A DNA stretch of 64,000 nucleotides. Origin: Bacteroidota bacterium (GTDB lineage: Bacteria > Bacteroidota > Bacteroidia > Chitinophagales > Saprospiraceae). This document shows positions 19,158-27,608 of this stretch, piece by piece; the stretch's first letter is position 1, and every line of letters begins with the position of its first letter. Under the pieces are notes generated by a model. That model did no database searches. It was given only the letters and a program-made list of their open reading frames with translations, and was not told where the DNA came from. The stretch covers positions 7,696 through 71,695 of the forward strand of contig JBCDFY010000005.1 in the NCBI GenBank assembly GCA_039176995.1, given 5' to 3'. The position numbers and the translations under genes are program-made.

Positions 19158-21092
19158 TTATTCTTCTAATAATCCCTCAAGATAAGTCGCAAATTCTTCA
19201 ACACTCATGCTTCCAACATCGCCTTCGCCTTGCTTGCGTACAGAAACAGTATTTGATTCTACTTCTTTCTCCCCAACAATCAACATGAACGGTATCTTCT
19301 TCAATTCCGTATCTCGAATTTTGCGCCCAATGGACTCCGTACGGCTATCAATCAAGCCAGTAATACCGTGTACATTCAGTTGTTTTTCAATATCGTAGGC
19401 ATAATCAATGTACTGATCACTGATGGGCAAAATCGCAAACTGCTCTGGTGTTAACCATAGTGGGAATTTACCAGCGGTATGCTCAATCAAAATACTCATA
19501 AAGCGTTCTAGCGAACCGAAAGGCGCGCGGTGAATCATCACTGGACGATGCGGTTGATTGTCCGAACCAATATATTCTAGTTCAAAACGATCAGGCAGAT
19601 TGTAATCCACTTGAATCGTTCCTAACTGCCAACTTCTTCCAATCGCATCGCGCACCATGAAATCCAATTTTGGACCATAGAATGCGGCTTCTCCCAATTC
19701 CGTCACGGTCTCCATTTCCACTTCTTGCGTTGCTTCAATGATCGCGCGTTCTGCATTATCCCAATTTTCATCTGTACCAATGTATTTTTTTGGATTATCT
19801 GGATCGCGCAAGGAAATCTGTGCAGTATATTCGTCAAAACCCATTTTCTTCAAAACGGTCTGCGTCAAATCCAATACATTGAGAAATTCCTCTTTCAACT
19901 GCTCTGGTGTACAAAAAATATGCGCATCATCTTGCGTAAAGCTGCGCACTCTGGACAATCCATGCAACTCTCCACTTTGTTCATAACGATAAACCGTTCC
20001 AAATTCTGCTACGCGAAATGGCAAATCTCGGTAAGAATGCGGACGGTGCGCATAAATCTCACAGTGATGTGGGCAGTTCATCGGTTTCAACAAGAATTCC
20101 TCCCCTTCTCTTGGCGTGTTGATGGGTTGGAAACTGTCTTCTCCATATTTTTCGTAGTGACCAGAAGTCATGTACAAATCTTTCTTGCCGATATGTGGCG
20201 TAGTTACCATTTTGTAGCCACGTTTTTCCTGCTCTTCTTTTAAGAAGTTTATCAAACGCTCACGAATCGCATTTCCCTTTGGCAACCAAATTGGTAGACC
20301 AGAACCTACTCTATCTGAAAACATAAACAGTCCTAGCTCTGCTCCCAACTTGCGATGATCGCGCTTCTTCGCTTCTTCCATCATCGTCAAGTATTCTTTC
20401 AACTCTTTCTGTTTCGGAAAAGTAACGCCGTAAATACGCGTCATCATTGGATTTTCCTCTTTTCCTCGCCAATATGCACCTGCTACATTGGTCAGCTTCA
20501 CTGCTTTGATGACACCTGTATTTGGAATATGCGGTCCTCTACATAAATCGGTGAACTCGCCTTGCGTGTAGAAAGTGATCTGCCCATCTTCCAGTTCTTC
20601 TAACAATTCCAATTTGTACTGATCTCCTTTTTCTTGGAAATAAGCAATTGCTTCGTCCTTCGGCACTTCTTTGCGCACATATTTGTTCTTATTGCGCGCC
20701 AATTCGAGCATTTTAGCTTCAATTTTAGGCAAATCATTGGTGGATAGTTGCTCACCATTTCCCAAATCTACATCATAATAAAAGCCTGTCTCTAACGCAG
20801 GGCCAATGCCGAATTTCACATTTGGATAAAGTGCTTCTAATGCCTCTGCCATCAGGTGCGCAGAAGAATGCCAAAAGGTATTTTTGCCCTTCGTATCTCT
20901 CCACGTTAATAAATTCACTTTAGAATCTTCCTGAATTGGACGACTGGCATCCCAAACTTGTCCATTCACTTCTGCTGCCAATACATTACGCGCTAATCCT
21001 TCACTAATGGATTTCGCGACATCCATTGCACTTGCCCCTTTTTCATATTCCCGAACACTGCCGTCGGGTAGTGTAATTTTTATGTTTGCCAT
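19158..21092 (-). CDS. thrS: Threonine--tRNA ligase
   Basis: 644 aa. TGS domain ([12 protein letters not shown]), editing domain, class II core ([20 protein letters not shown]) and an anticodon-binding domain. Confidence 0.97.
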   Translation of the reverse strand: MANIKITLPDGSVREYEKGASAMDVAKSISEGLARNVLAAEVNGQVWDASRPIQEDSKVNLLTWRDTKGKNTFWHSSAHLMAEALEALYPNVKFGIGPALETGFYYDVDLGNGEQLSTNDLPKIEAKMLELARNKNKYVRKEVPKDEAIAYFQEKGDQYKLELLEELEDGQITFYTQGEFTDLCRGPHIPNTGVIKAVKLTNVAGAYWRGKEENPMMTRIYGVTFPKQKELKEYLTMMEEAKKRDHRKLGAELGLFMFSDRVGSGLPIWLPKGNAIRERLINFLKEEQEKRGYKMVTTPHIGKKDLYMTSGHYEKYGEDSFQPINTPREGEEFLLKPMNCPHHCEIYAHRPHSYRDLPFRVAEFGTVYRYEQSGELHGLSRVRSFTQDDAHIFCTPEQLKEEFLNVLDLTQTVLKKMGFDEYTAQISLRDPDNPKKYIGTDENWDNAERAIIEATQEVEMETVTELGEAAFYGPKLDFMVRDAIGRSWQLGTIQVDYNLPDRFELEYIGSDNQPHRPVMIHRAPFGSLERFMSILIEHTAGKFPLWLTPEQFAILPISDQYIDYAYDIEKQLNVHGITGLIDSRTESIGRKIRDTELKKIPFMLIVGEKEVESNTVSVRKQGEGDVGSMSVEEFATYLEGLLEE

Positions 21093-21442
21093 TTATGTCT
21101 ATGCTTCAAATTATAGTTTGAAAATGGTTCAAATTGGTTTGAAGGTGGTTTGTTTCAACACTCAAAATTATTTTTCGCGCTTTGATATTTTTGAGACTAC
21201 TTTGTCTCACAACTTATCTACGCTTATCAAAGACTTTGAGTTCCTTTTTCAGAGTGCGCAAATTTAGTTTTTCTTTACGAGAAGTAGGAAAAGATAAATC
21301 CCAATTCTTCGGTGCGAAAGCTGCTAAGTAGACTGCTAGATCAAGAGATATGAGACATAAGACGCAAAGTACTCGTGTTCAAATTTCTTACAGCAATCAA
21401 AAAATATGATTTTTTTAGGGCATATTACTTGCTTATAAAGTA

Positions 21443-21472
21443 AAAAAGCCAATCCTTCTTCGCGAAGAATTG
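21443..21472 (-). terminator. Rho-independent terminator of the exonuclease gene
   Basis: Minus strand reads CAATTCTTCGCGAAGAAGGATTGGCTTTTTTAC, a stem followed by a T-run. Confidence 0.5.
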
Positions 21473-21533
21473 ACGTTATTTCTAGTTCACTATTTGAATT
21501 TGCTACATCTGATCAGATACTTAGTGTTCCCTA

Positions 21534-22355
21534 TCATCCTCTCAATTCTCGCTCATAATCTTTCACCAATTTCCGTACTGCTTGCTTAACTTGTGCAGAA
21601 AATTCCTTTTCCAAAATCCAATGATAGTATTGACGATCTTTATGCAAAGCAGGTGCAGCAGGCTGATTGTTGTATTTCCCGAAGTTGAATACAACGACTC
21701 CATTTTCATCGTAGCGCAATTTTTGAGTTGCATCCACAAATCGCAGATCGTTAGTAAATTCATGGATGGCCTTCATATCGTTTTTAATGGGCTTTTTGAT
21801 AACCATTCCATCGCCGTCTTCAAAATCGGTATTTTCGTAACGCTTCAATTGTCCTTTGAAAACTTCTATGGTTGCTTGTACATCTGCCAAAGCATCGTGT
21901 GCATTTTCAATCTCCTGATTGCAATAAAATCGAAGCGCAGCTTTTAAGGTACGCGGTTCCATCTTGTAGAAAATGCGCTGCACATCTATCAAACGCCGCT
22001 TGCTCATATCAAATTCTAAGCCTACACGAGAAAACTCCTCAATCAACATTGGAATATCAAAGCGATTGGAATTGTAACCACCAATATCTGCATTGCCAAA
22101 AAAATCAAAAATTTCTTGAGCAACCTGCTGGAAAGTCGGTTTATTGGCGACATCCTTAGGCGTAATGCCATGCACACCCATTGCTTCCATCGAAATGGGA
22201 ATACCTGGGTTGATAAGCATAGAAAGCTGCTCGGGCTCGCGACCATCTTTGAAATATTTGATCGCTCCAATTTGAATGATGCGATCTCGAATGACATTGA
22301 GACCCGTCGCTTCTAAATCGAAAAAGCAAAGGTCTCGGTCTAAGTTGAACTCCAT
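21534..22355 (-). CDS. DEDDh 3'-5' exonuclease (DnaQ/epsilon-like)
   Basis: Motifs ExoI FFDLEATG, ExoII GYNSNRFDIPML and ExoIII HDALADVQAT. I start it at the ATG at 22355 (MEFNLDRD). The track's longer ORF to 22514 is built from a dispersed repeat. Confidence 0.8.
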   Translation of the reverse strand: MEFNLDRDLCFFDLEATGLNVIRDRIIQIGAIKYFKDGREPEQLSMLINPGIPISMEAMGVHGITPKDVANKPTFQQVAQEIFDFFGNADIGGYNSNRFDIPMLIEEFSRVGLEFDMSKRRLIDVQRIFYKMEPRTLKAALRFYCNQEIENAHDALADVQATIEVFKGQLKRYENTDFEDGDGMVIKKPIKNDMKAIHEFTNDLRFVDATQKLRYDENGVVVFNFGKYNNQPAAPALHKDRQYYHWILEKEFSAQVKQAVRKLVKDYERELRG

Positions 22356-22444
22356 AAATTGGGTAGAATTAATGAGTAGTGAAGTTTTGTTATTGATAGC
22401 ATGCAAAAGTAAAGGAAAAATGCCAACAACAAGAGAGAAAGTAA

Positions 22445-22598
22445 GAGCATGTCTAAATTTTATCGTTCTGATAGCCAATATTTTACGAACCTGCCGTTGA
22501 AATAATTGATTCATTTATCTCGATAAGCTCATAAATTCTTTCTTAGGCAGAACCACAAACTATTGACGATCAGTTAAATAATTTTTTAGACAAGCTCT
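22445..22598 (+). repeat. 154-bp dispersed repeat, copy 1 (MITE-like, terminal inverted repeats)
   Basis: Gap-free alignment to 33475-33628 with 13 mismatches by hand count. Ends are AGAGCATGTCTAAA and the reverse complement of AGAGCTTGTCTAAA. Confidence 0.85.
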
Positions 22599-22603
22599 AA
22601 AAT

Positions 22604-23314
22604 TTACCACAAACGTTCGCGCTCTTGTTGTTCTTTCAGTCGCTCCGCCTTGGTCTTCTCAAAAGCATCTGGCGGTAAGAAAAAGGATTCGGGTGATTGG
22701 TAAGTTTCTTGCTCCCAAGAATAGACAGGTTTCTCTTCTTCTCGCTCAATTTCATCTTTGAACCAATAAGCCGTAAAGATACCAACCAAGCCACCAAGCA
22801 AATGACTTTCCCAAGAAATACCTTCTTGTCCTGGTAGGACGCCTAAAAACATTCCACTGTATAGTAAAGTGACTATCAAGGCTAATATAACAGCTTGCAA
22901 ACTTCTACGAAAAATGCCCATCCAAAAAACAAAGGAAACCAAGCCATATACAACACCACTCGCACCAATATGGAAAACGTCATGTCGAGCAAAAATCCAA
23001 ACGGAGAGTCCAGTGAGCAAGTAGATGAATAGAAAAGAACGAACGGCTACTTTTCGGTAGAAAAAAAGTACGATGGTACTCAACACGAAGAGTGGTACAG
23101 AGTTAGAAGTAATGTGTCCAAAATCTGCATGAATCAAAGGTGCAAAAATAATACCTTTCAATCCGCTTAACTGTCTTGGGAGTAAGCCTAAAAAACCAAG
23201 ATCAATGCTGGTGAGCCATTGAAAGACCTGAATGACCCAAATGACTGCCAGGAATTGGAACGGCAGACGAATGCTGCTGTATAATTTTTGTTTTTGTGCG
23301 TTGATAACTTCCAT
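22604..23314 (-). CDS. Rhomboid family intramembrane serine protease
   Basis: Six TM helices. Motifs HADFGHITSN (HxxxN) and HIGASGVVYG (GxSG). Confidence 0.85.
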   Translation of the reverse strand: MEVINAQKQKLYSSIRLPFQFLAVIWVIQVFQWLTSIDLGFLGLLPRQLSGLKGIIFAPLIHADFGHITSNSVPLFVLSTIVLFFYRKVAVRSFLFIYLLTGLSVWIFARHDVFHIGASGVVYGLVSFVFWMGIFRRSLQAVILALIVTLLYSGMFLGVLPGQEGISWESHLLGGLVGIFTAYWFKDEIEREEEKPVYSWEQETYQSPESFFLPPDAFEKTKAERLKEQQERERLW

Positions 23315-23402
23315 ACTTTTTTATAAACGCAAAGAGGTGGAAGTAGTTTTATTTGCTGTAAAATATGAAGATTTGTTAATAGAAAAATATTTATTTAAGC
23401 AA

Positions 23403-23440
23403 GTCTAAATAATTTATTAGCTTTGTCTAAATTATTAAAT
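23403..23440 (+). promoter_or_regulatory. Tandem GTCTAAAT-ATT-ATTA direct repeat upstream of the permease-regulator fusion gene (possible operator/promoter)
   Basis: GTCTAAATAATTTATTA (23403-19) and GTCTAAATTATTAAAT (23425-40), 19-56 bp upstream of the ATG at 23459. The functional assignment is speculative. Confidence 0.2.
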
Positions 23441-23458
23441 GCTACAAGTTTTGAGACA

Positions 23459-24934
23459 ATGGAGAGTGTAATAGAAGTTTTGCAACAACCTTGGGCAACT
23501 AGAGCGTTGTTAGCATCAAGTATGGTTGGAGTTATGTGTGGTATTTTGGGTTGTTTTATTGTGCTTCGCAATATGGCTCTAGTGGGCGACGCGATTGCTC
23601 ACGCGATTTTACCAGGCGTGGTTTTTGCTTTTATGCTGGTAGGACAAAGTGCGTTAGGATTCTTTGCAGGAGCAGTTATTGCGGGTTTGGTGATGGCAGT
23701 TGGTATCACTTGGATACAACAGAAGGTGACGACCAAAAATGATGCAGCAATTGGAATTGTCTTCACGGCTATGTTTTCAATTGGCGTCATCGGCATTTCG
23801 AGCATCAATCGGCGACCAGGCGTGCATTTAGATTTGAAAGATTTTCTGTTTGGAAATGTACTAGGCGTTTCCAACGAAGATCTGTACTTGACGCTTGGCG
23901 TATTGATTTATGTTTTGATTTCGGTTATTCTTTTCTACCGCTATCTTTTTGCGACTACTTTCCAACCTATCATCGCGCAAACAATGGGGATTTCTGTGCA
24001 AACAATCCATTATTTTTTGATGCTGATGCTGGCATTTGCAGTCGTAGCTTCTTTGCGAACCGTAGGTGTCATTTTGGTGGTCGCTATGCTCATTACACCT
24101 GCTTCCACCGCACTTTTGCTCTCCAACCAACTGAGGAAGGTGTTGGTCATTGCAGGAGCAATTGGTTTACTTTCTGCAATTTTGGGTTTAATTTTAGCTA
24201 TCATTTTCGAGACCACACCTGGACCTGCAATGGCTATCGTAGCTACGATTCTCTATTTAGTTGCCGTACTATTTGCACCTGAAAAGGGCTTAGTTTTCAA
24301 ATTTTTCAGGAAGCAACAATTACAAAAGCGCATACGTTTGGAAGACATCATCAAACAGTCGCATCGCTTGGAGGAAAGAGGGGAATTGTCGCTTGCTGCT
24401 TTGTTGGAAAAATTAGAATTTGGGGAAACGCGATTGAATAACCATTTAAGAGAGTTGCGTACTAAAAAATACGTAGAAAAGAATAGTTTGAACCTAACTC
24501 CAAGTGGTAGAAAGATAGCGGAAAAGATGATTCGGGCGCATCGGCTTTGGGAAACCTATTTGGTAGAAAAAATGGGGCTTTCGGAGCATCAAATCCATGA
24601 AGATGCCGAAAAATATGAACATTTGTTGAGCGAAGAATTGTTGGATGAAGTAGATTATCATTTGGGTTATCCAACCACAGATCCGCATGGTTCGCCAATT
24701 CCTTCACGGCGCAAATTGTTACTGAGTCAACTAGCTGTAAAACAAGTGGCAGTCATTACTCATAAGCAAATCAGCAACATCATCTCTGCAAAGTTGTGGG
24801 ATTTGGGTATTTTACCAGAAATGCCAATTGAACTGAAAGCCAAACAGAACGGTACGATCTCTGTGAAGCAAGAAGAACGAGTGGTTGAAGTGCCCTTGGA
24901 TTTAGCGGAAGCGGTGAGTGTAAAAACGGTTTAG
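23459..24934 (+). CDS. Metal ABC transporter permease (ABC-3/ZnuB-MntB-TroD type) fused to a DtxR/MntR-family regulator with FeoA/SH3-like tail
   Basis: The N-terminal ~285 aa are polytopic with GDAIAHAILPGV. A winged HTH follows, then the dimerisation/metal domain RAHRLWETYL...IHEDAEKYEH...DPHGSPIP and a FeoA-like C-terminus. It is one uninterrupted frame. ATG at 23459. Confidence 0.8.
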   Translation: MESVIEVLQQPWATRALLASSMVGVMCGILGCFIVLRNMALVGDAIAHAILPGVVFAFMLVGQSALGFFAGAVIAGLVMAVGITWIQQKVTTKNDAAIGIVFTAMFSIGVIGISSINRRPGVHLDLKDFLFGNVLGVSNEDLYLTLGVLIYVLISVILFYRYLFATTFQPIIAQTMGISVQTIHYFLMLMLAFAVVASLRTVGVILVVAMLITPASTALLLSNQLRKVLVIAGAIGLLSAILGLILAIIFETTPGPAMAIVATILYLVAVLFAPEKGLVFKFFRKQQLQKRIRLEDIIKQSHRLEERGELSLAALLEKLEFGETRLNNHLRELRTKKYVEKNSLNLTPSGRKIAEKMIRAHRLWETYLVEKMGLSEHQIHEDAEKYEHLLSEELLDEVDYHLGYPTTDPHGSPIPSRRKLLLSQLAVKQVAVITHKQISNIISAKLWDLGILPEMPIELKAKQNGTISVKQEERVVEVPLDLAEAVSVKTV

Positions 24935-24992
24935 TAATGCTTATATAACTCCGACAATCTCAAACAGCAAAGCCTTCAAACAAGTTCAAAGA

Positions 24993-25574
24993 ATGCTAAT
25001 CATACAAGACAAGTTCGTCAGCCTAGACATCGTGGAAGAACAGTTTCTCTGCAACTTGAATGCGTGTAAAGGTGCGTGTTGTTGGGAAGGTGATTCTGGT
25101 GCGCCATTGGAAGTGGAAGAATTAAAGATTTTGGATGAAATTTATGAAGTGGTTCGACCTTATTTGGATGGAGAAAATATTGCTAGAATAGAATCGGAAG
25201 GCGGCTACAAATACTACGAAGACTTCAATGAATATGGTACGAATCTGCTAGATGACGGGGCTTGTGTATATATGACTAGAGATGCACTTGGTTTTGCTAA
25301 ATGTGGTATTGAACAAGCCTACCGAGATGGAAAAACGGACTTCTACAAACCAATTTCTTGCCACCTCTACCCCATCCGAATCACAGAAGAAAAAAGTACC
25401 AATTTTGTAGCGCTGAACTATGACAAATGGGATATTTGTTCTGCTGCTTGCGAATTGGGGAAGAAAGAACAATTACCTATTTATCGCTTTGTCAAAGATG
25501 CGATTGTGCGAAAGTATGGAGAGGATTTTTATGAGGAATTGGATGCGGCGGCGAAGGTGTGTAAGAAAATCTAG
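24993..25574 (+). CDS. Cys-rich DUF3109-like protein
   Basis: 193 aa. N-terminus FVSLDIVEEQFLCNLNACKGACCWEGDSGAPL matches my recollection of DUF3109. Confidence 0.6.
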   Translation: MLIIQDKFVSLDIVEEQFLCNLNACKGACCWEGDSGAPLEVEELKILDEIYEVVRPYLDGENIARIESEGGYKYYEDFNEYGTNLLDDGACVYMTRDALGFAKCGIEQAYRDGKTDFYKPISCHLYPIRITEEKSTNFVALNYDKWDICSAACELGKKEQLPIYRFVKDAIVRKYGEDFYEELDAAAKVCKKI

Positions 25575-25591
25575 TATCTACGTACTAAAAG

Positions 25592-26572
25592 CTAAATTTG
25601 AATATAAGAAAAAGGTAACCTCAGTATTTTTTGTATCAACCTAATAAACTCTTTGTCTTCATCTACTGTAGGTACAGAACCAGCAATTATCAACTTTATT
25701 CTTTTCTTTTTTGGGTTATGAAGGTTCTTGTAGTAAAAAATTAATTGCCCTAAACCTTCTTTTACACATTTTGAAGCAGAATTATGAGTTTTTACCTCTA
25801 CTAAATTAATCTCCGTATCGCTTTCAGCTAGTAGATCAATATAGTTCTCTTCCATTATTATTTTTGTATATTGTCCTTCACTATTTAGAGATTCGTATAG
25901 TTTGTTCTGTAGGTTATTATGCTTTGGGTTAATTAATAACTTCTGACCAAAAATTTCTCTTGAAACCCTCTGTATTTCTTTTTGATGAATTCCTTTCCGA
26001 CGGCGAATTATTCTCCTTACTTCGCTAGTCTGAACCTCTAAAAGTAGCCTATCTTTTTCATTTCTATACTGGTCAATTTTTCTTATCATTTTTTGATACA
26101 AGCCAGAATCAATGAATGTGATTGGAGGATTTAGCTTCGACTCTATTAAACTATCAATAATGACTTTATCCTTTTTCATGAATTCTTTTAATGCGTCCAA
26201 AAATTCATCAATCGAATGATTTGTTACATCGTAGTTCTTTATCCACTGATTTTTCTGCGTACCTCTTTTTGCTCCAATCATCAAGGCTATTTCTTTCAAT
26301 AATTCTGCTTTTAAAATATTTGATCGAGAGGTTAGATAAAGGTGAACTTTACCATTATCAATATTAACTTCAAAACCGATATTATTGGTTTTTCTATCGC
26401 TATCATGACCATTCCAAAATGATATGTTCATATACTGGTCATTCCCTAAGAACCAATAACCATCTGTAAGTTTCTGATTCCTATTTATTCTTCTAGTAGA
26501 GAAGAAAATACCCTGATTTTCTAAAAATTGAAGTGTCTCTTCGTGAAGTTTTAGCTTATTCAACTTTGCCAT
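25592..26572 (-). CDS. Low-GC orphan protein with C-terminal PD-(D/E)XK nuclease-like motif
   Basis: 326-aa ORF. The C-terminus YIDLLAESDTEINLVEVKTHNSASKCVKEGLGQLIFY fits the pattern D...E-x-K...Q. Sampled 60-nt stretches are 27-33% GC, against about 45% in flanking genes. Confidence 0.5.
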   Translation of the reverse strand: MAKLNKLKLHEETLQFLENQGIFFSTRRINRNQKLTDGYWFLGNDQYMNISFWNGHDSDRKTNNIGFEVNIDNGKVHLYLTSRSNILKAELLKEIALMIGAKRGTQKNQWIKNYDVTNHSIDEFLDALKEFMKKDKVIIDSLIESKLNPPITFIDSGLYQKMIRKIDQYRNEKDRLLLEVQTSEVRRIIRRRKGIHQKEIQRVSREIFGQKLLINPKHNNLQNKLYESLNSEGQYTKIIMEENYIDLLAESDTEINLVEVKTHNSASKCVKEGLGQLIFYYKNLHNPKKKRIKLIIAGSVPTVDEDKEFIRLIQKILRLPFSYIQI

Positions 26573-26633
26573 AGTAAAAACATTTTATCAACACTTCTAC
26601 CTCGCTTTAGGTCAACTTGTTGCAAATTATTTC

Positions 26634-27509
26634 TCAATTAGCAACTCTCACCTCCAGTATCTCAAAAGGGCTTGGATCTGTCTCAGCGATATTGGCTTTT
26701 ATCTTATTGATAATCTCCTCTGGAAGATCAGTTTTCACATCCACACCTTCCAACCAACGCCGATAATCTACTTGCAATGCAATAGTCGTATTGAATCCCA
26801 CATCTACTTGAAAATCAAAGTCTAATTCAACTTGTTGGAAATAATCTTTTGCTAAGATTTGAATTGTAGTCGTATCATTTTCTATCGGTAAAGTATCGCG
26901 TGCTAGATCAAAACGCGTGACGAGATAGGATTCTTTTTCCAAATCGTACATCAGAGAATCACTTCCGAAAGCAAGTGGATGACTACGCTCAAGAAATTGA
27001 GGAAATATGGTTCGATCAAAATTAGAAAGTCCAAACTTGAATTCAATACCTACGAATCGCCCATTTTCTCGAAAAGTACCAATCTGACTTGGCGTAATAT
27101 TGCTTCGATTAATAAGCGCAAAATTGTCTTGTGTATTGTCAGGAACTGTATCTGTCCCATTCAAAACGAAGATATCAACTTTCTCTTCTATATCCACTCG
27201 ATCCTCATTTTCTCGAATCAACTTGATTTCCGAAAGATAGTAGCGCAAATCTGTAATAGCAAAAAAACTGATGCTATCTAAAGTATAAACCTCATTCAAA
27301 TTGAAGCGATAAGAAGTATCTTTTTCAATATCGCTATACGCGTGCTGCACTGCCAAACGAAGCAATGGATAAGTACAGCAATCTTCGCATTCCCGATCCG
27401 CAGTGACACTAAAATTAGTGGCGTTCACATCCAAACAACCTTCTATATTTTCGTAGCAAGCCTGTAACGAAACCACCATAAAGAGCAAAGCGATGAAGGG
27501 AGACTTCAT
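26634..27509 (-). CDS. Lipoprotein of unknown function
   Basis: Lipobox signal MKSPFIALLFMVVSLQAC from the ATG at 27509. No motif recognised. Confidence 0.6.
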   Translation of the reverse strand: MKSPFIALLFMVVSLQACYENIEGCLDVNATNFSVTADRECEDCCTYPLLRLAVQHAYSDIEKDTSYRFNLNEVYTLDSISFFAITDLRYYLSEIKLIRENEDRVDIEEKVDIFVLNGTDTVPDNTQDNFALINRSNITPSQIGTFRENGRFVGIEFKFGLSNFDRTIFPQFLERSHPLAFGSDSLMYDLEKESYLVTRFDLARDTLPIENDTTTIQILAKDYFQQVELDFDFQVDVGFNTTIALQVDYRRWLEGVDVKTDLPEEIINKIKANIAETDPSPFEILEVRVAN

Positions 27510-27608
27510 CGCTTTACTTTTTATGGTATTTGAATAAATTGAACTCAATACTTCAATATTTTGCTAGGTTTTGTCAACACATAAATGACTAAAACGAACT
27601 CAATAGAA

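Noticed and set aside
19725-20243. 172-aa plus-strand ORF, and other ORFs of 60-130 aa embedded in thrS, polA, susC, E1, htpG and others
   Set aside because: They are antisense or out-of-frame inside strongly supported genes. They have no recognisable motifs and composition typical of shadow ORFs.
22356-22514. N-terminal 53-codon extension of the exonuclease ORF (track ORF 21534-22514, MNQLFQRQVRKILAIRTIKFRHAL...)
   Set aside because: The extension is encoded by the 154-bp dispersed repeat. Copy 2 carries the same pseudo-ORF with GTG instead of ATG, five nonsynonymous changes against one synonymous change over 24 codons, and a nearby stop. The DEDDh domain starts right after the ATG at 22355.
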